Positions 37,521-47,934 of a stretch of 64,000 nucleotides of DNA are shown here, one piece after another. The position numbers were made by a program, and so were the translations under genes. Origin of the DNA: Gemmatimonadaceae bacterium (GTDB lineage: Bacteria; Gemmatimonadota; Gemmatimonadetes; Gemmatimonadales; Gemmatimonadaceae). The DNA is taken from the NCBI GenBank assembly GCA_045803545.1, contig JBJMOW010000005.1, positions 1,024,001 through 1,088,000 on the forward strand, in the 5' to 3' direction. The number at the start of each line of letters is the position of its first letter. The first letter of the stretch is position 1. The notes beneath the pieces were generated by a model. That model was not told where the DNA came from, searched no databases, and saw only the letters and a list, made by a program, of their open reading frames with translations.

Positions 37521-39937
37521 AGTTTCCTTCTAAAGACCCCGCACGCGTCGACCGCGGTGGAGTCGCGCATGCGTTTCGCCCGCTCGATGCTGCATGGCAG
37601 GAGCGATGCGCGCGCAACCCAGTTGCCGCGCCGCCGCGCGCCGAGATCGGAGACGAACCGGTCGACCAATGGCGCTCGCTTCGGATCGAATGCCGAGAGC
37701 GCGGCCGCAGACTTGATTGCGAGATCACTCTCGCGCGACCGAACGTAGAGCAGCGGCAGATGCGCCGCCACCGCGAGATCGGCGCTCGGAATCGGACGGT
37801 CGATCGGCTCGCTCCGATCCCACACCGCTTCGGTGTACTTGGCTTCGAGATAATCCGAGTAAAGCTTCGCTGCTGATCCACTGCGTCCGGAGAACTCGAG
37901 TCGTTTGCCCATCGCGAGGTAGATGTCGGGCGAGCCGACATAGCCGTGACGCAGCGAGCTTTGCAGCATCACGAGGGCGGAGTCACTTTTGCGCGCCCCG
38001 AGATAAGCACTGGCAAGACGGTAGCGCGGCTCTCCGAGCATTGGATCACTCTTCACTGCATCGTTGAGCACCACAATCGCCCGCTCGTAATCGCGCTGGT
38101 CGAGATATACGTTCGCAAGCGCAAGCCTTTGCTCGACGCGGTGCGGACTCAGATCGATCGCCTTATGCAGCACGTCAATCGCCTGCTGTCGGTAAGCCGA
38201 GGCGTGGTAGAACTCGGCGGCGAACATCAGCAAGCCGGCCTCGTGGGTGTAGAGCCTGTCGTTCAATGAGTCGTGCGCTATCTCCTTTGCAAATGCGTCG
38301 AGCGACTGTTTGATTGCCCGATCCACCTCCAGGCGTTCCGGTTGGTCGCGCTGAATCTCGGCGAGATCTGACCGCAAAGTGCTGAGGTACTGCGCCATGA
38401 CCATCGGCGTGTGTGCAGTTTGGGGCGCGTGGGAGCGAGCGAGGATGTCGTATTGCGAAAGTGTCGCGTCGATTGTCCCGCGCGGCGAGTCGATCTTTGC
38501 GAGCGCACGATCGGCGCGCAGCGGAGCGTAGCCTTCCCAGATTAGCGCACCAACGAGCACAGACATCAGGGCAATCGCGAGCACCGGCTTGCTTACGGGG
38601 ACCGGTGTCTCGCTGGTGGCCGGCTCCAACACAATCGACCCGACCGTTCCGCGCGACGCGATCAGTGCCGCCAGCATGATCCAGAGCATCGTCGAGTTCA
38701 AATCGAAGAACCAGAACACCAGATAAATCGCGTACGCTGCCTGCAAGCCGCTGAGCACCGCGAGCGATACGACATTCAGTCGACCAGCCCGATACGCGCG
38801 CGACAAAGTCACACCGATCGCAATCCAGATTGCGGCGAATGCAAGGATTCCGATCAGGCCGCCCGTAGCGAGCATCTCCAGGTACTCGTTGTGAGTCCGA
38901 TCGAAGACGTCAGTGTCGAGCCGATAAATATTGGGATCGAAATGCGCGCTCCAAACCAGATTGTGTGCCTCGGGACCGTAACCGAGGAATGGGCGATCCT
39001 TGAAACCCTCGATCGCGGCGCGCCATTGCATTGTGCGGGACTCATCTCTACCCGCCGGATTGGTCGCCGCGAGTCGCTCCAACACTTCTGGCATGTTCCG
39101 AGAAAACGCGCTCGAGGGGAATGTCTTGACGATGATCGCGCTGCCGCCAACTACGATGCTGAGCGTGACTGCCGCCAGCAGTACGGCAATTCGAATCCTG
39201 CGTCCCGCGCTGATTGCGGCGTAGATGACCGCGCCGAACAATCCTGCTGCTACCAATCCGATAATTGTGCTGCGATTCTCGGCGAAAATGAGTGCGAGAA
39301 GATTGGTAAGCGCGGCGGCGAGATACAGCAGTCGAAAGCGCGCGCTGATGGAAGCGAGGTACGCAGCGGTCGCAATTCCCATCAGCAGGTACGCCGCCAA
39401 CAATCCGGGGTTTCCGATCGTCGCGCTGCTTGCGCCGATATAATCTGCGGGCGACGGCGACGCTGCGAGCTGGAAGTGCTCCACTATCCCGATCACGCTG
39501 ACAATCAGACTGACGACGAGTGCCCCATTCAAAACCCACCGCCAATCCTCATCGCGCAGCGTGCGCAGTAGGAGGAAGAAGAGCAGTAGATGAACCCAGG
39601 CCCATACTCCGCCCATCCGCTCGAAGTCGCCGAAAAGGCTATGCATGCGCGCCGGCGAGAACAGCGCGGAGAGAAATGAAGCGGCAACAAAGACAAGGAG
39701 CGTCCAGAAGATCGGCTCATCCCGCAGATCGATCGTTTTGCCGCTGAAACACACCGCGAGAACGAGCGCGCCGATGCCCAGCTCGACGATGACGCGAAAG
39801 AAAATGTTGCGCGGTACAACGTAGGGGAAAAAGAAACCGGAACCGACGATCAGCGGAACGAATAGAGATGCAAGCAACAGCACGATGATCGCGTTGCGCC
39901 AGGAAAGCTCGGGCAGGACAGCTCTGGAAATTCGCAT
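37517..39937 (-). CDS. O-antigen ligase/Wzy_C family membrane protein with C-terminal TPRs
   Basis: Many TM, ATIGNP, NRS, R..QW...RPFLGYG, DRTHNEYLE, TPR-like tail. Confidence 0.82.
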   Translation of the reverse strand: MRISRAVLPELSWRNAIIVLLLASLFVPLIVGSGFFFPYVVPRNIFFRVIVELGIGALVLAVCFSGKTIDLRDEPIFWTLLVFVAASFLSALFSPARMHSLFGDFERMGGVWAWVHLLLFFLLLRTLRDEDWRWVLNGALVVSLIVSVIGIVEHFQLAASPSPADYIGASSATIGNPGLLAAYLLMGIATAAYLASISARFRLLYLAAALTNLLALIFAENRSTIIGLVAAGLFGAVIYAAISAGRRIRIAVLLAAVTLSIVVGGSAIIVKTFPSSAFSRNMPEVLERLAATNPAGRDESRTMQWRAAIEGFKDRPFLGYGPEAHNLVWSAHFDPNIYRLDTDVFDRTHNEYLEMLATGGLIGILAFAAIWIAIGVTLSRAYRAGRLNVVSLAVLSGLQAAYAIYLVFWFFDLNSTMLWIMLAALIASRGTVGSIVLEPATSETPVPVSKPVLAIALMSVLVGALIWEGYAPLRADRALAKIDSPRGTIDATLSQYDILARSHAPQTAHTPMVMAQYLSTLRSDLAEIQRDQPERLEVDRAIKQSLDAFAKEIAHDSLNDRLYTHEAGLLMFAAEFYHASAYRQQAIDVLHKAIDLSPHRVEQRLALANVYLDQRDYERAIVVLNDAVKSDPMLGEPRYRLASAYLGARKSDSALVMLQSSLRHGYVGSPDIYLAMGKRLEFSGRSGSAAKLYSDYLEAKYTEAVWDRSEPIDRPIPSADLAVAAHLPLLYVRSRESDLAIKSAAALSAFDPKRAPLVDRFVSDLGARRRGNWVARASLLPCSIERAKRMRDSTAVDACGVFRRKL

Positions 39938-39938
39938 C

Positions 39939-40655
39939 TCAGTTGCCCGGGCTCTGCGTCAGCTGGTCGAGAAGGGCCGGAGTAATCGTGTGTCCGCCCT
40001 GGAACCTTATCATCTCATACGAGATCCCGAGGTGCTTCAGTTTCGCCTCTTCGCTCTGGATACGTTCGACGCTCGCGAACTCGTCAGCGTCGCCGAATGT
40101 CACCGTCACCGGTCCGTGCAATGTCAGTCGCGCCGCGGCTCGTTCATCCAATTCCGCAGGCAACATACCGGAGGCCACGACAAGGCGGTCCGGCTCGACT
40201 TTCCCTCTCACGACCCAGCGGACCACTGTCGAAGCACCCTGAGAAAACCCGAGCACCCAGAGCCGCACTTTCGCGCGATCGACGACACTGAAAACCTCGT
40301 CATGAAGCAGGTCGAGATAGCTGACGTAATCGTCGATCTCTGATTCACGATCCTCCGACGTCATCCAGCTGGCGCCGATAGGAGTTCCCGGAGGATGCGG
40401 CCCGCCTTTAGGAGGCGAGAGGTAATAGCGTGAGAGCGCTTCCGGCGCAATGAACAGGCGTCGCGGGCTCTCGAGCGGAAGGAAACGAGAGAGAAATCGC
40501 GCTGCGAGATGCCCGTGTCCGTGACAAACAAACCAGACCTCGCTCAGATCCGCCTCGAGCGAGCCCAGCATCGCATAGCGCGCTGAGCGGGGAACTGTCA
40601 GGTGGCGCTGCTCGAAGACACGGTGGTCTTTAGGCTGCGCCTGAGGGGTTGTCAC
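39939..40655 (-). CDS. Phospholipase/carboxylesterase-type alpha/beta hydrolase
   Basis: HG, GFSQG nucleophile, GDADE, FQGGH. Confidence 0.85.
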   Translation of the reverse strand: MTTPQAQPKDHRVFEQRHLTVPRSARYAMLGSLEADLSEVWFVCHGHGHLAARFLSRFLPLESPRRLFIAPEALSRYYLSPPKGGPHPPGTPIGASWMTSEDRESEIDDYVSYLDLLHDEVFSVVDRAKVRLWVLGFSQGASTVVRWVVRGKVEPDRLVVASGMLPAELDERAAARLTLHGPVTVTFGDADEFASVERIQSEEAKLKHLGISYEMIRFQGGHTITPALLDQLTQSPGN

Positions 40656-40750
40656 GATGAGAATCTGCGATTTGGAAGGTAGGGCTGGAACATGACTTGC
40701 CCACTTCAGGAATCTACCATTTCGAGTCCGAGATGGTTCACACGACTGCT

Positions 40751-41590
40751 ATGAACACGGCTCTAAATACGCAGCTGTATCGATTGATCGCCGCGGCCTA
40801 CCTCTGCGCGATGGTTGGTTGCTCCGTATCGCAGGATCAGGAAGTCGAGCTGGGCCGCCAAAACGCTGCCCAGATCAACGCGCAGTTGCCAATCATCCAG
40901 GACCCCGCGGTCGCGAACTATATCCAGGACCTCGGCATGTCGATCGCGAGCAAGACGAGCCGCAGCGATCTGGATTGGCACTTCTATGTTGTAAATACAA
41001 AACAAGTCAACGCATTCGCGCTGCCGGGCGGGTTCGTCTACGTCAATCGCGGCCTGATAGAGAGCGCCGACAGCCTCGACGAGCTGGCTGGCACACTCGG
41101 CCATGAAATTGGCCACGTCGTCGAGCGACACTCGGTAAAGCAGATGGAGCAAGCCCAGAAGACCAACATTGGTATCGGTGTTCTGTGCACCCTCACCAAC
41201 ATCTGTCACAGCGGGATCGCGCAGGCGGCGGTGCAGGTTGGTGGCTCGGCGTACTTCGCTCGGCACAGCCGGCTTGACGAGCTACAGGCTGATTCCGAAG
41301 GCGTCGTCAACGTCTCGAGGGCGGGTTACGATCCGCACGGAATTCCCGAGCTGTTTCAGGTGCTGCTCAAGGAGCGCGAATATCAGCCGACGAAGGTGGA
41401 AGGATGGTTCATGGATCATCCACTGGAGGAAGCGCGAATCTCGAAGGCGGATCAGTTGATCAAGACGCTGCCGGAGGCGAGAGGAAAACAATTCCTCGCC
41501 GACACCCCGGAATTTCACGCATTCAAGAATCGAGTCGCCGCTCTACCCGTTCCGCCAGAGCCAGCGCAGGTCCCGGGACAAGGCCCGTAA
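40751..41590 (+). CDS. M48 family metallopeptidase (lipoprotein)
   Basis: VGC lipobox, VNAFALPGG, HEIGH, ELQAD, DHP. Confidence 0.9.
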   Translation: MNTALNTQLYRLIAAAYLCAMVGCSVSQDQEVELGRQNAAQINAQLPIIQDPAVANYIQDLGMSIASKTSRSDLDWHFYVVNTKQVNAFALPGGFVYVNRGLIESADSLDELAGTLGHEIGHVVERHSVKQMEQAQKTNIGIGVLCTLTNICHSGIAQAAVQVGGSAYFARHSRLDELQADSEGVVNVSRAGYDPHGIPELFQVLLKEREYQPTKVEGWFMDHPLEEARISKADQLIKTLPEARGKQFLADTPEFHAFKNRVAALPVPPEPAQVPGQGP

Positions 41591-41597
41591 CGGGGCG

Positions 41598-42860
41598 CTA
41601 TAGGTAGCTGAGCCACCAATCTCTCCTTCTCGCTTTGAGATCGGCGTACCACTTACATAGCGGGTAGAGCAACAGCACCCCAAGCGCCCACATCGCGTAA
41701 ACGGTTACCAGGCCGAAGCCCGCGCCGGGCTTGGCAGGCGGGTCAAGCACAAGGTTTCCAAAGAGGTGGTCGGTCGGCTTTCCCGCGAGCACGCTGGCGA
41801 CGATTGCGATGGTGTGCGCGACGATCCATTGCAGAACGTAGAAGAAAAGCGGAACTCGCCCGTAGGTGATGAAGAAACTCCGCCAGCCACCAGTCGGCTT
41901 TTCGTCAGCCCACGCCAGGAACATCAACGAGGGACCTATCGTCATCAACAAAAAGAGAAGCGATGGCGGATACTTGGAGACGGCAAGGAAAGACAACACT
42001 GTTTTCACCGGCGTGTCCTGCGACGACCAGCGCGACGGATCGCCGTAGACATTGATCCACCGCAGCACGATGAACCCCACCGTCAGCAGCAACCCTGCTC
42101 GCATCAGGTATCGTCGACGCTCGCCGGATTCGAGCCGGTACACCGAGCCAAGCGCGTAACCAGCTGCCATCACGCCGACCCATGGGATCAGAGGATAAAG
42201 CGCGAACACCTTGGGACCATCGGCGCCGAACGGGAAAATCAATCCCGGCACGTGCAGTACGTGCCACACCGAAGCCCAGAATCCAGGAATCGGCGTGCCC
42301 GGGCCGGCCCACGAGGTAACGGTCACACCGTCGAGGAGATCGTGGAGGGCAATCATCCCAATCCCGACTCCCGCAATCGCCGGCAGCGGCAGATAGATAA
42401 GACCTGCGAGCACGATCATGCTCCAGCCGATTGCCCAGATCACCTGGAGGAAGGACGCCAGCGTCAGCACGTCGACGTTGAAGAAGATCACAAGGCGCAC
42501 AACCGTCAGCTCGAGGAAGATCAGCCAGAGACCACGCGTCCACAGGAACCGGGACAACGACGGCGTAGGCTTTCCACGCAACGTCTGGAAGTACGCACCG
42601 GTGCCGGCGAGAAAGACGAACAATGGCGCGCAGAAATGCGTGATCCACCGCGTGAAGAACAGCATCGGCGTCGTCTTCGCCACGTCGGTCGGATCGAACA
42701 AGGTTGCCTGAAAGTGGACAAAGTCGCGGGTGTGATCGAGCATCATGATCACCATGATGATGCCGCGGAGCAGGTCTACTGAATCGATGCGGGTGCGAGC
42801 CAGTGGCGTGTAGGGTGCGACTGGCGTTTTGGGCGGATACTTGATTGCAGGTGCTGACAC
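41598..42860 (-). CDS. DUF1624/HGSNAT-like membrane protein
   Basis: RIDSVDLLRG..M.LDH.RD, TRWITHFCAP, KYPPSL. Confidence 0.85.
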   Translation of the reverse strand: MSAPAIKYPPKTPVAPYTPLARTRIDSVDLLRGIIMVIMMLDHTRDFVHFQATLFDPTDVAKTTPMLFFTRWITHFCAPLFVFLAGTGAYFQTLRGKPTPSLSRFLWTRGLWLIFLELTVVRLVIFFNVDVLTLASFLQVIWAIGWSMIVLAGLIYLPLPAIAGVGIGMIALHDLLDGVTVTSWAGPGTPIPGFWASVWHVLHVPGLIFPFGADGPKVFALYPLIPWVGVMAAGYALGSVYRLESGERRRYLMRAGLLLTVGFIVLRWINVYGDPSRWSSQDTPVKTVLSFLAVSKYPPSLLFLLMTIGPSLMFLAWADEKPTGGWRSFFITYGRVPLFFYVLQWIVAHTIAIVASVLAGKPTDHLFGNLVLDPPAKPGAGFGLVTVYAMWALGVLLLYPLCKWYADLKARRRDWWLSYL

Positions 42861-42894
42861 TATTCGTGGTGTGCGGTAGTTTTTGAGCTATCCA

Positions 42895-44298
42895 ATGAAA
42901 CGATTCAGTCTGCTTGTCGTTGCAATTCTATTCTCCGCGCCAGCGACAGCATATCCGCAAGCAAAGGCCATCAACTGGGATTCGCTCAGCGCCGAGACGT
43001 TACGTACGCTATCAAGCTACCTCCAGATCAACACCACCAACCCGCCCGGCAATGAGCTGGCCGCGGCACGCTGGCTAAAAACCATTCTCGATCGTGAAGG
43101 TATCGAGACGCAGATTCTCGACACTGTCGAGCTCGGCGCGAACCGGGCGAACCTCTATGCGCGGTTACGCGGCAACGGCACCAAGAAAGCGATCGCTCTG
43201 GTGCACCACATGGACGTCGTGCCTGCAACGCCGGCGTCGTGGTCGGTCGATCCGTTCTCGGGGCTGATCAAGGGCGGGTATATCTGGGGTCGCGGCGCGA
43301 TCGATATGAAAAGCAACGGCGTCGCTCAGCTGATGGCGATGATCGCGCTCAAACGGTCCGGTGCCACACTCAACCGCGACATCGTCTTCATCGGCAACGC
43401 CGATGAGGAGCTCGGCTCGACCGGTGGGCTCGTCTTCGCGCAAAGGCATCCCGATCTGCTGCGCGACGTCGAGTACCTGATGACTGAAGGCGCCGACAAC
43501 GTGCTCGATTCCACCGGCAAGGTCGTGTACTTCGGAGTCGGTGTGGCGGAAAAGCGAACATTCTGGCAGCGGCTCACCGTCAACGGAGTTCCGTCGCACG
43601 GATCTCGGCCGACTCCTCAGAACCCGGTGCCCAAGCTGGTCACCGCCCTCTACAAGATCTCGCAATGGCAGACACCGCTTCATGTCACGCCCGGTGTCGA
43701 CAAGTTCTTCCGCGACATTGCTCGCACTTATCCGCAGCCGCAGCACCGCTGGCTCTCGAATGTACGTATCGCGCTGGACAATCCCCGGACGCGAGAATGG
43801 ATTCTGAGCGACGTCACGTGGAACGCCATCCTCAGGAACACCATCTCGCTCACCAGCCTCACCGGCTCCAACAAGACCAACGTCATTCCCGGCGTCGCGA
43901 TGGCGGAAATCGATATCAGGCTGCTGCCCGATCAGGACACGACGGAGTTCCGCGAAACCCTGAAGAGGATCATCGGTGATACGGCGGTGCATCTCACGCA
44001 TCTCGCCAACACAAAGCCGCCGCTCGAGAGCCCGGTCGAGACCGACCTGTTTCGCGCGATCGAGCGCGCCGCCCACGACCGTGAGCCAGCGGCGTTCGTG
44101 ACGACGCCGATGGAAACAGCGGCGACGGACAGACCGACTTATCGCAAACTTGGAATCGTGACCTACGGATTCAGCCCGTTCAGGATTCCACGCGCGGAGA
44201 TCCAACGCGGGATGCACGGCAACGACGAGCGTCTCTCAGTGGAGAACGTCGGGTACGGGCTGCGGTTTTACTACGACATACTGCGCTACGTGCAGTAG
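42895..44298 (+). CDS. Secreted M20/M25/M40 family metallopeptidase
   Basis: Signal peptide, HMDVVP, WGRGAIDMK, DEE, HGS, HGNDE. Confidence 0.92.
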   Translation: MKRFSLLVVAILFSAPATAYPQAKAINWDSLSAETLRTLSSYLQINTTNPPGNELAAARWLKTILDREGIETQILDTVELGANRANLYARLRGNGTKKAIALVHHMDVVPATPASWSVDPFSGLIKGGYIWGRGAIDMKSNGVAQLMAMIALKRSGATLNRDIVFIGNADEELGSTGGLVFAQRHPDLLRDVEYLMTEGADNVLDSTGKVVYFGVGVAEKRTFWQRLTVNGVPSHGSRPTPQNPVPKLVTALYKISQWQTPLHVTPGVDKFFRDIARTYPQPQHRWLSNVRIALDNPRTREWILSDVTWNAILRNTISLTSLTGSNKTNVIPGVAMAEIDIRLLPDQDTTEFRETLKRIIGDTAVHLTHLANTKPPLESPVETDLFRAIERAAHDREPAAFVTTPMETAATDRPTYRKLGIVTYGFSPFRIPRAEIQRGMHGNDERLSVENVGYGLRFYYDILRYVQ

Positions 44299-44309
44299 TC
44301 GGCAGCGCG

Positions 44310-44531
44310 TCAGGCTTTGTGCCTGAAGGTGATGCGTCCGCGGGTCAGATCGTAGGGTGAGACCTCGAGCGTCACGCGATCACCGGCGAGCACACGGATC
44401 CTGAATCTCCGCATCTTGCCCGCGATGGTGGCGTGAACGTCGTGGCCGTTGTTCACCTGCACGCGAAACGTCGCGTCAGGCAGCACTTCGGTGACGATAC
44501 CTTCCAGCTCGATTGCTTCCTCTTTTGCCAT
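44310..44531 (-). CDS. infA: Translation initiation factor IF-1
   Basis: [11 protein letters not shown]...GKMR...[25 protein letters not shown]. Confidence 0.96.
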   Translation of the reverse strand: MAKEEAIELEGIVTEVLPDATFRVQVNNGHDVHATIAGKMRRFRIRVLAGDRVTLEVSPYDLTRGRITFRHKA

Positions 44532-44555
44532 ACTCCTCCAAATAATTGAGCTATT

Positions 44556-44599
44556 GAAAAACAACGAGGCCGGTCTGGAGTTGTCCAGACCGGCCTCGT
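44556..44599 (-). terminator. Intrinsic terminator between csp and infA
   Basis: Perfect 16-bp stem acgaggccggtctgga/tccagaccggcctcgt followed on - by UGUUUUU. Confidence 0.75.
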
Positions 44600-44626
44600 C
44601 TTCATGGTGCAATTGCCAAGCTTCGC

Positions 44627-44839
44627 TTACGCGCCGATCTTGGTGACGTTCTCCGCGGCAGGACCCTTCTGGCCTTGCACGACGTCGAACTCAACACGCT
44701 CGCCCTCGGCGAGGGATTTGAAGCCCTGGCCCTGGATCGATGAATGATGAACGAAGCAATCCTTCTGTCCGTTCTCTGGCGTGATGAAGCCAAAACCCTT
44801 GGCATCGTTGAACCACTTAACCTTTCCGGTGGTACGCAT
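44627..44839 (-). CDS. Cold-shock protein (CspA family)
   Basis: GKVKWFN..KGFGFI, FVHHS, GQKGPAA. Confidence 0.96.
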   Translation of the reverse strand: MRTTGKVKWFNDAKGFGFITPENGQKDCFVHHSSIQGQGFKSLAEGERVEFDVVQGQKGPAAENVTKIGA

Positions 44840-44938
44840 TGCGGTACTTCCTCTTCAATTGGGTCGGAAGTGCCGTGTTGCGGAACCGATCCGACTTCGT
44901 GTGTTGCGATCACTGTGACCGCTCTAAGGCTTGATATC

Positions 44939-44967
44939 AAAAAAGGACCCGTCAACACCCCAGGTCC
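44939..44967 (-). terminator. Possible terminator of the DUF72 gene
   Basis: ggacctg/cgggtcc stem followed by U6 on the minus strand. Confidence 0.5.
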
Positions 44968-45044
44968 CCATAACGGTATCCTGCCAGCTCTCGCGCAATG
45001 AGTTGCGCTTGAGGGATTTAATGTAGTCGGATCCGGTGTTGTGG

Positions 45045-46013
45045 TCAACGCGCTTGAGTTGCCGGAATTGGCTCATTTGCCGGCTCGGTGTACCCTTCCA
45101 CCGCGTCGCGATAGGCGTCGAAAACGCCGCTCGGAACCGGGACCTTTGAGCCGGTCACCATCGACTTCAGCATTGCTGCGTTGGCGACTGCCTTTCCCTT
45201 GTAGTGATTGTTGGTGACTACATACGCGTCGCTAACGGTCGGATCGGCGGCGATCTCATTTACCCGCTCGACCCAGGGCTCCAACTCGTCGGCCTTGTAC
45301 AAATAGTTGTACCGCTGCTCTACCGGCGCTTTATCACGGAACCAGTCCTTATAATTGCGCCCGTGCACCCGGACGTAAGCGACGTGCGATGTCACGTGTG
45401 CCGATGGGCCGATCGAATTGTGATAGAGGGGTTGGTCGATGTTTACGAATCCAACCCCATCGTCCGCCAGCGACGCCATGAACTCCGGTGCCAGCCATGA
45501 GGTGTGACGCACCTCGACGACGAGCGGATAGCGGTTGAAGGTCCGCACGACATCGCCCAGCCACTCGCGACTCTCGTCGGTCCTCTTGAAGCTCCACGGG
45601 AACTGGAGCAGCACCGCGCCGAGCTTGTCTGCGTCCATCATGACGTCGAAACCCGCCAGCACCTGGTCGACTTCTTTGGTGGTCCACGCCGAGTCGCGCT
45701 CGTGGGTGAACCGCTTCCACAGCTTGGCGGTGAAGCGGAAGGCGCGATGCTCTTCCACGCGCTTTACCCACGACGCGGCCGTGCGCGCGACGGGCGGACC
45801 ATAGAAACTGGAATTGATCTCGACCGTATCGAAGAAATCGGCGATGTAACGGAGCGGATCGAAGCGGGGCGGCTTCTCCTCGGGGTACACCACCCCCTCC
45901 CAATCCTTGTACATCCAGCCCGCCGGTCCAAAACGCAGCGTCGCATGACCGGCCGTACCGCTTTTGCGCCGGGATTTCGCGCCTGGGCTGGTTTTGGCGG
46001 ATCGTGGGATCAT
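45045..46013 (-). CDS. DUF72 (YecE-like) protein
   Basis: GW.Y.DW.G..YP, VEINSSFY, LLQFP, EVRH, YVRVHGRN, YLY, NNH. Confidence 0.9.
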   Translation of the reverse strand: MIPRSAKTSPGAKSRRKSGTAGHATLRFGPAGWMYKDWEGVVYPEEKPPRFDPLRYIADFFDTVEINSSFYGPPVARTAASWVKRVEEHRAFRFTAKLWKRFTHERDSAWTTKEVDQVLAGFDVMMDADKLGAVLLQFPWSFKRTDESREWLGDVVRTFNRYPLVVEVRHTSWLAPEFMASLADDGVGFVNIDQPLYHNSIGPSAHVTSHVAYVRVHGRNYKDWFRDKAPVEQRYNYLYKADELEPWVERVNEIAADPTVSDAYVVTNNHYKGKAVANAAMLKSMVTGSKVPVPSGVFDAYRDAVEGYTEPANEPIPATQAR

Positions 46014-46097
46014 AACCGTATTAATGCTTGTTCAGTGCCATTTGCCCGGTCGCCTGTGGTAGCCATCGACGCCAGGTCTTCGCACATTTTTTGGCGA

Positions 46098-47030
46098 ATG
46101 CCATACGCTTTCCACACCGCTGACGTATTCACCGATCACCTGCACGGTGGCAATCCGCTCGCCGTCGTTCCCGATGCGCGCGGGCTCACCGACGATCAAA
46201 TGCAGATGATCGCCAAAGAGTTCAATTACTCGGAGACGGTCTTCGTTTTTCCGCCGCGTGAGACGGCACACACGCGCAGCGTACGGATCTTCACTCCCGG
46301 CAGAGAGCTGCCGTTTGCGGGCCATCCGACCGTGGGTTGCGCTTTTGTGCTGGCGACCATCGGCGAGGTCCCGCTCGACGGCGAAGAGCAACGAATCGTG
46401 CTGGAGGAAGGAGTCGGACCGATTCCAGTCTCGATTCGCACGCGCAATGGCAAGCCGGTCTTCGCGCAGCTGACGTCGGCCAAGTTGCCGGAGATAAAAG
46501 ACCCACCGCCTCCACCGGAGGTACTCTGCGAGATACTCTCACTCGAGCCGAGCCACATCGTCGCGGATGATATGCTGGAGCCTGAGGCAGTGTCGTGCGG
46601 GGTGCCCTACCTTTTCATCCCCATCAAGAAGCCCGAGATGTTGTCGTGGGTAAAGGTCGACATCGCGAAGTGGGAGCAGGCGCTGCACGACTATTGGGCG
46701 CCGGAGATGTTCATCTACAGTACCGAAGACTGGAGTCACATCTTCGAGGGTGGACATATTCGCGCGCGAATGTTCGCGCCTGGTTTGGGAATAGGTGAGG
46801 ATCCAGCTACCGGAAGTGCCTGCGCAGCCCTCGCCGGATTCCTCGCACTGCGCGCCGACACCCGCGATGGGACGCTGCGCTGGACTGTCGATCAGGGAGT
46901 CGAGATGGGACGCCCGAGTCGATTGGAGCTCGAAGTGGATCGGACGCGTGGGCAGGTGGCAGCGATCCGTGTCGGTGGGTCGTCGGTGCTGGTCAGCTCG
47001 GGCACTCTTTACGTCGACGGCGAAGCCTAA
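46098..47030 (+). CDS. PhzF family isomerase/epimerase
   Basis: DVF...GNPLAV, SETVF, RIFTP..ELPFAGHP, EDPATGSA, QGVEMGRPS. Confidence 0.93.
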   Translation: MPYAFHTADVFTDHLHGGNPLAVVPDARGLTDDQMQMIAKEFNYSETVFVFPPRETAHTRSVRIFTPGRELPFAGHPTVGCAFVLATIGEVPLDGEEQRIVLEEGVGPIPVSIRTRNGKPVFAQLTSAKLPEIKDPPPPPEVLCEILSLEPSHIVADDMLEPEAVSCGVPYLFIPIKKPEMLSWVKVDIAKWEQALHDYWAPEMFIYSTEDWSHIFEGGHIRARMFAPGLGIGEDPATGSACAALAGFLALRADTRDGTLRWTVDQGVEMGRPSRLELEVDRTRGQVAAIRVGGSSVLVSSGTLYVDGEA

Positions 47031-47464
47031 GTCGTCTTCGACGACTCGCCCGGCACAGGCTCTTTAGTTCCCCAGCGTCGCCGATCGCCCGGCTGCCGCG
47101 GTGGCAAAGTTTCGCGCGCTGTGTAGTCGGTGAGCGCAGCGACGATGAGAATGAGGACACCCATCACGACAAAGAAATTGCGTGACACTTCCTGGCCGCT
47201 GAACCCAAAGATCCACGGTGCGACGAGCACGAATAGCCCCGCCACCAGCTCGATCGCGCCGTGAATCCTGAATGGAATCCACTTGAACGGGCCGAGTGGA
47301 AAGTCAGTGCACGCTGTCAGCAGCAGGTGAATTCCAGTCAGCCAGTACGCGATCTTGCTGGCTGTGGTGTGCTGGAACCCAAACACCATTGGCGCGTTGA
47401 GAAACACAGCGGCGACAGCATAATCGAGTACGCCGTGCACACGCGCTGAAATTGGTTTGCTCAT
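47027..47464 (-). CDS. Small membrane protein (SPW-repeat-like)
   Basis: HGVLDY...P..FGF repeated as HGAIE...APWIFGF. Confidence 0.75.
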   Translation of the reverse strand: MSKPISARVHGVLDYAVAAVFLNAPMVFGFQHTTASKIAYWLTGIHLLLTACTDFPLGPFKWIPFRIHGAIELVAGLFVLVAPWIFGFSGQEVSRNFFVVMGVLILIVAALTDYTARETLPPRQPGDRRRWGTKEPVPGESSKTT

Positions 47465-47494
47465 GACAGCCGGCCTCAGCTCACGGCGGTGTCG

Positions 47495-47818
47495 CTACTC
47501 CAGATAGTGATAAAGACCGTACAACGCCACGCCGGCTCCGGCAATGATGATGATCGTACCCGGAGTCTCACCCACGATGGCGCCGACGATCATTGCACCC
47601 ACACCGACAGCCATCATCGCGACATCCTGACCCTGGTTCCGACAACACGGCGCAGCAGTGACCTTGGTCGAAGCGTTGACCTTCGATTCGCTGACTTGGA
47701 AGCCGACCGCCGCCGACTGTAGCGTCGGCCCCTTCGCTTGGTTGCGGGACACCTGCTGCGCGTTGGAAGATCCGGGGATTAATGCAAGTGCACAGACACT
47801 GAGTGCCAAAAAGCGCAT
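47495..47818 (-). CDS. Hypothetical secreted/membrane protein
   Basis: Signal peptide, two C-terminal hydrophobic helices, GGAG RBS. Confidence 0.7.
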   Translation of the reverse strand: MRFLALSVCALALIPGSSNAQQVSRNQAKGPTLQSAAVGFQVSESKVNASTKVTAAPCCRNQGQDVAMMAVGVGAMIVGAIVGETPGTIIIIAGAGVALYGLYHYLE

Positions 47819-47934
47819 TTCTTTCTCCGTTCGAGGAAACAATTAGACCGAAGACGCGCTTGCGTCTCCTGTTTCAGGAAATCGGAGTGCCCTTGCGGCA
47901 ATAAACGTGCACGATGCGCACGCGCACGCGGGCC

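Noticed and set aside
45504..46097. N-terminal extension of PhzF
   Set aside because: Antisense to the DUF72 gene; family similarity starts at MPYAF
47875..47912. Sigma54-like sites upstream of the 47495-47818 gene (and upstream of gcvT near 1758-1773)
   Set aside because: Each lacks either the invariant GG or the invariant GC
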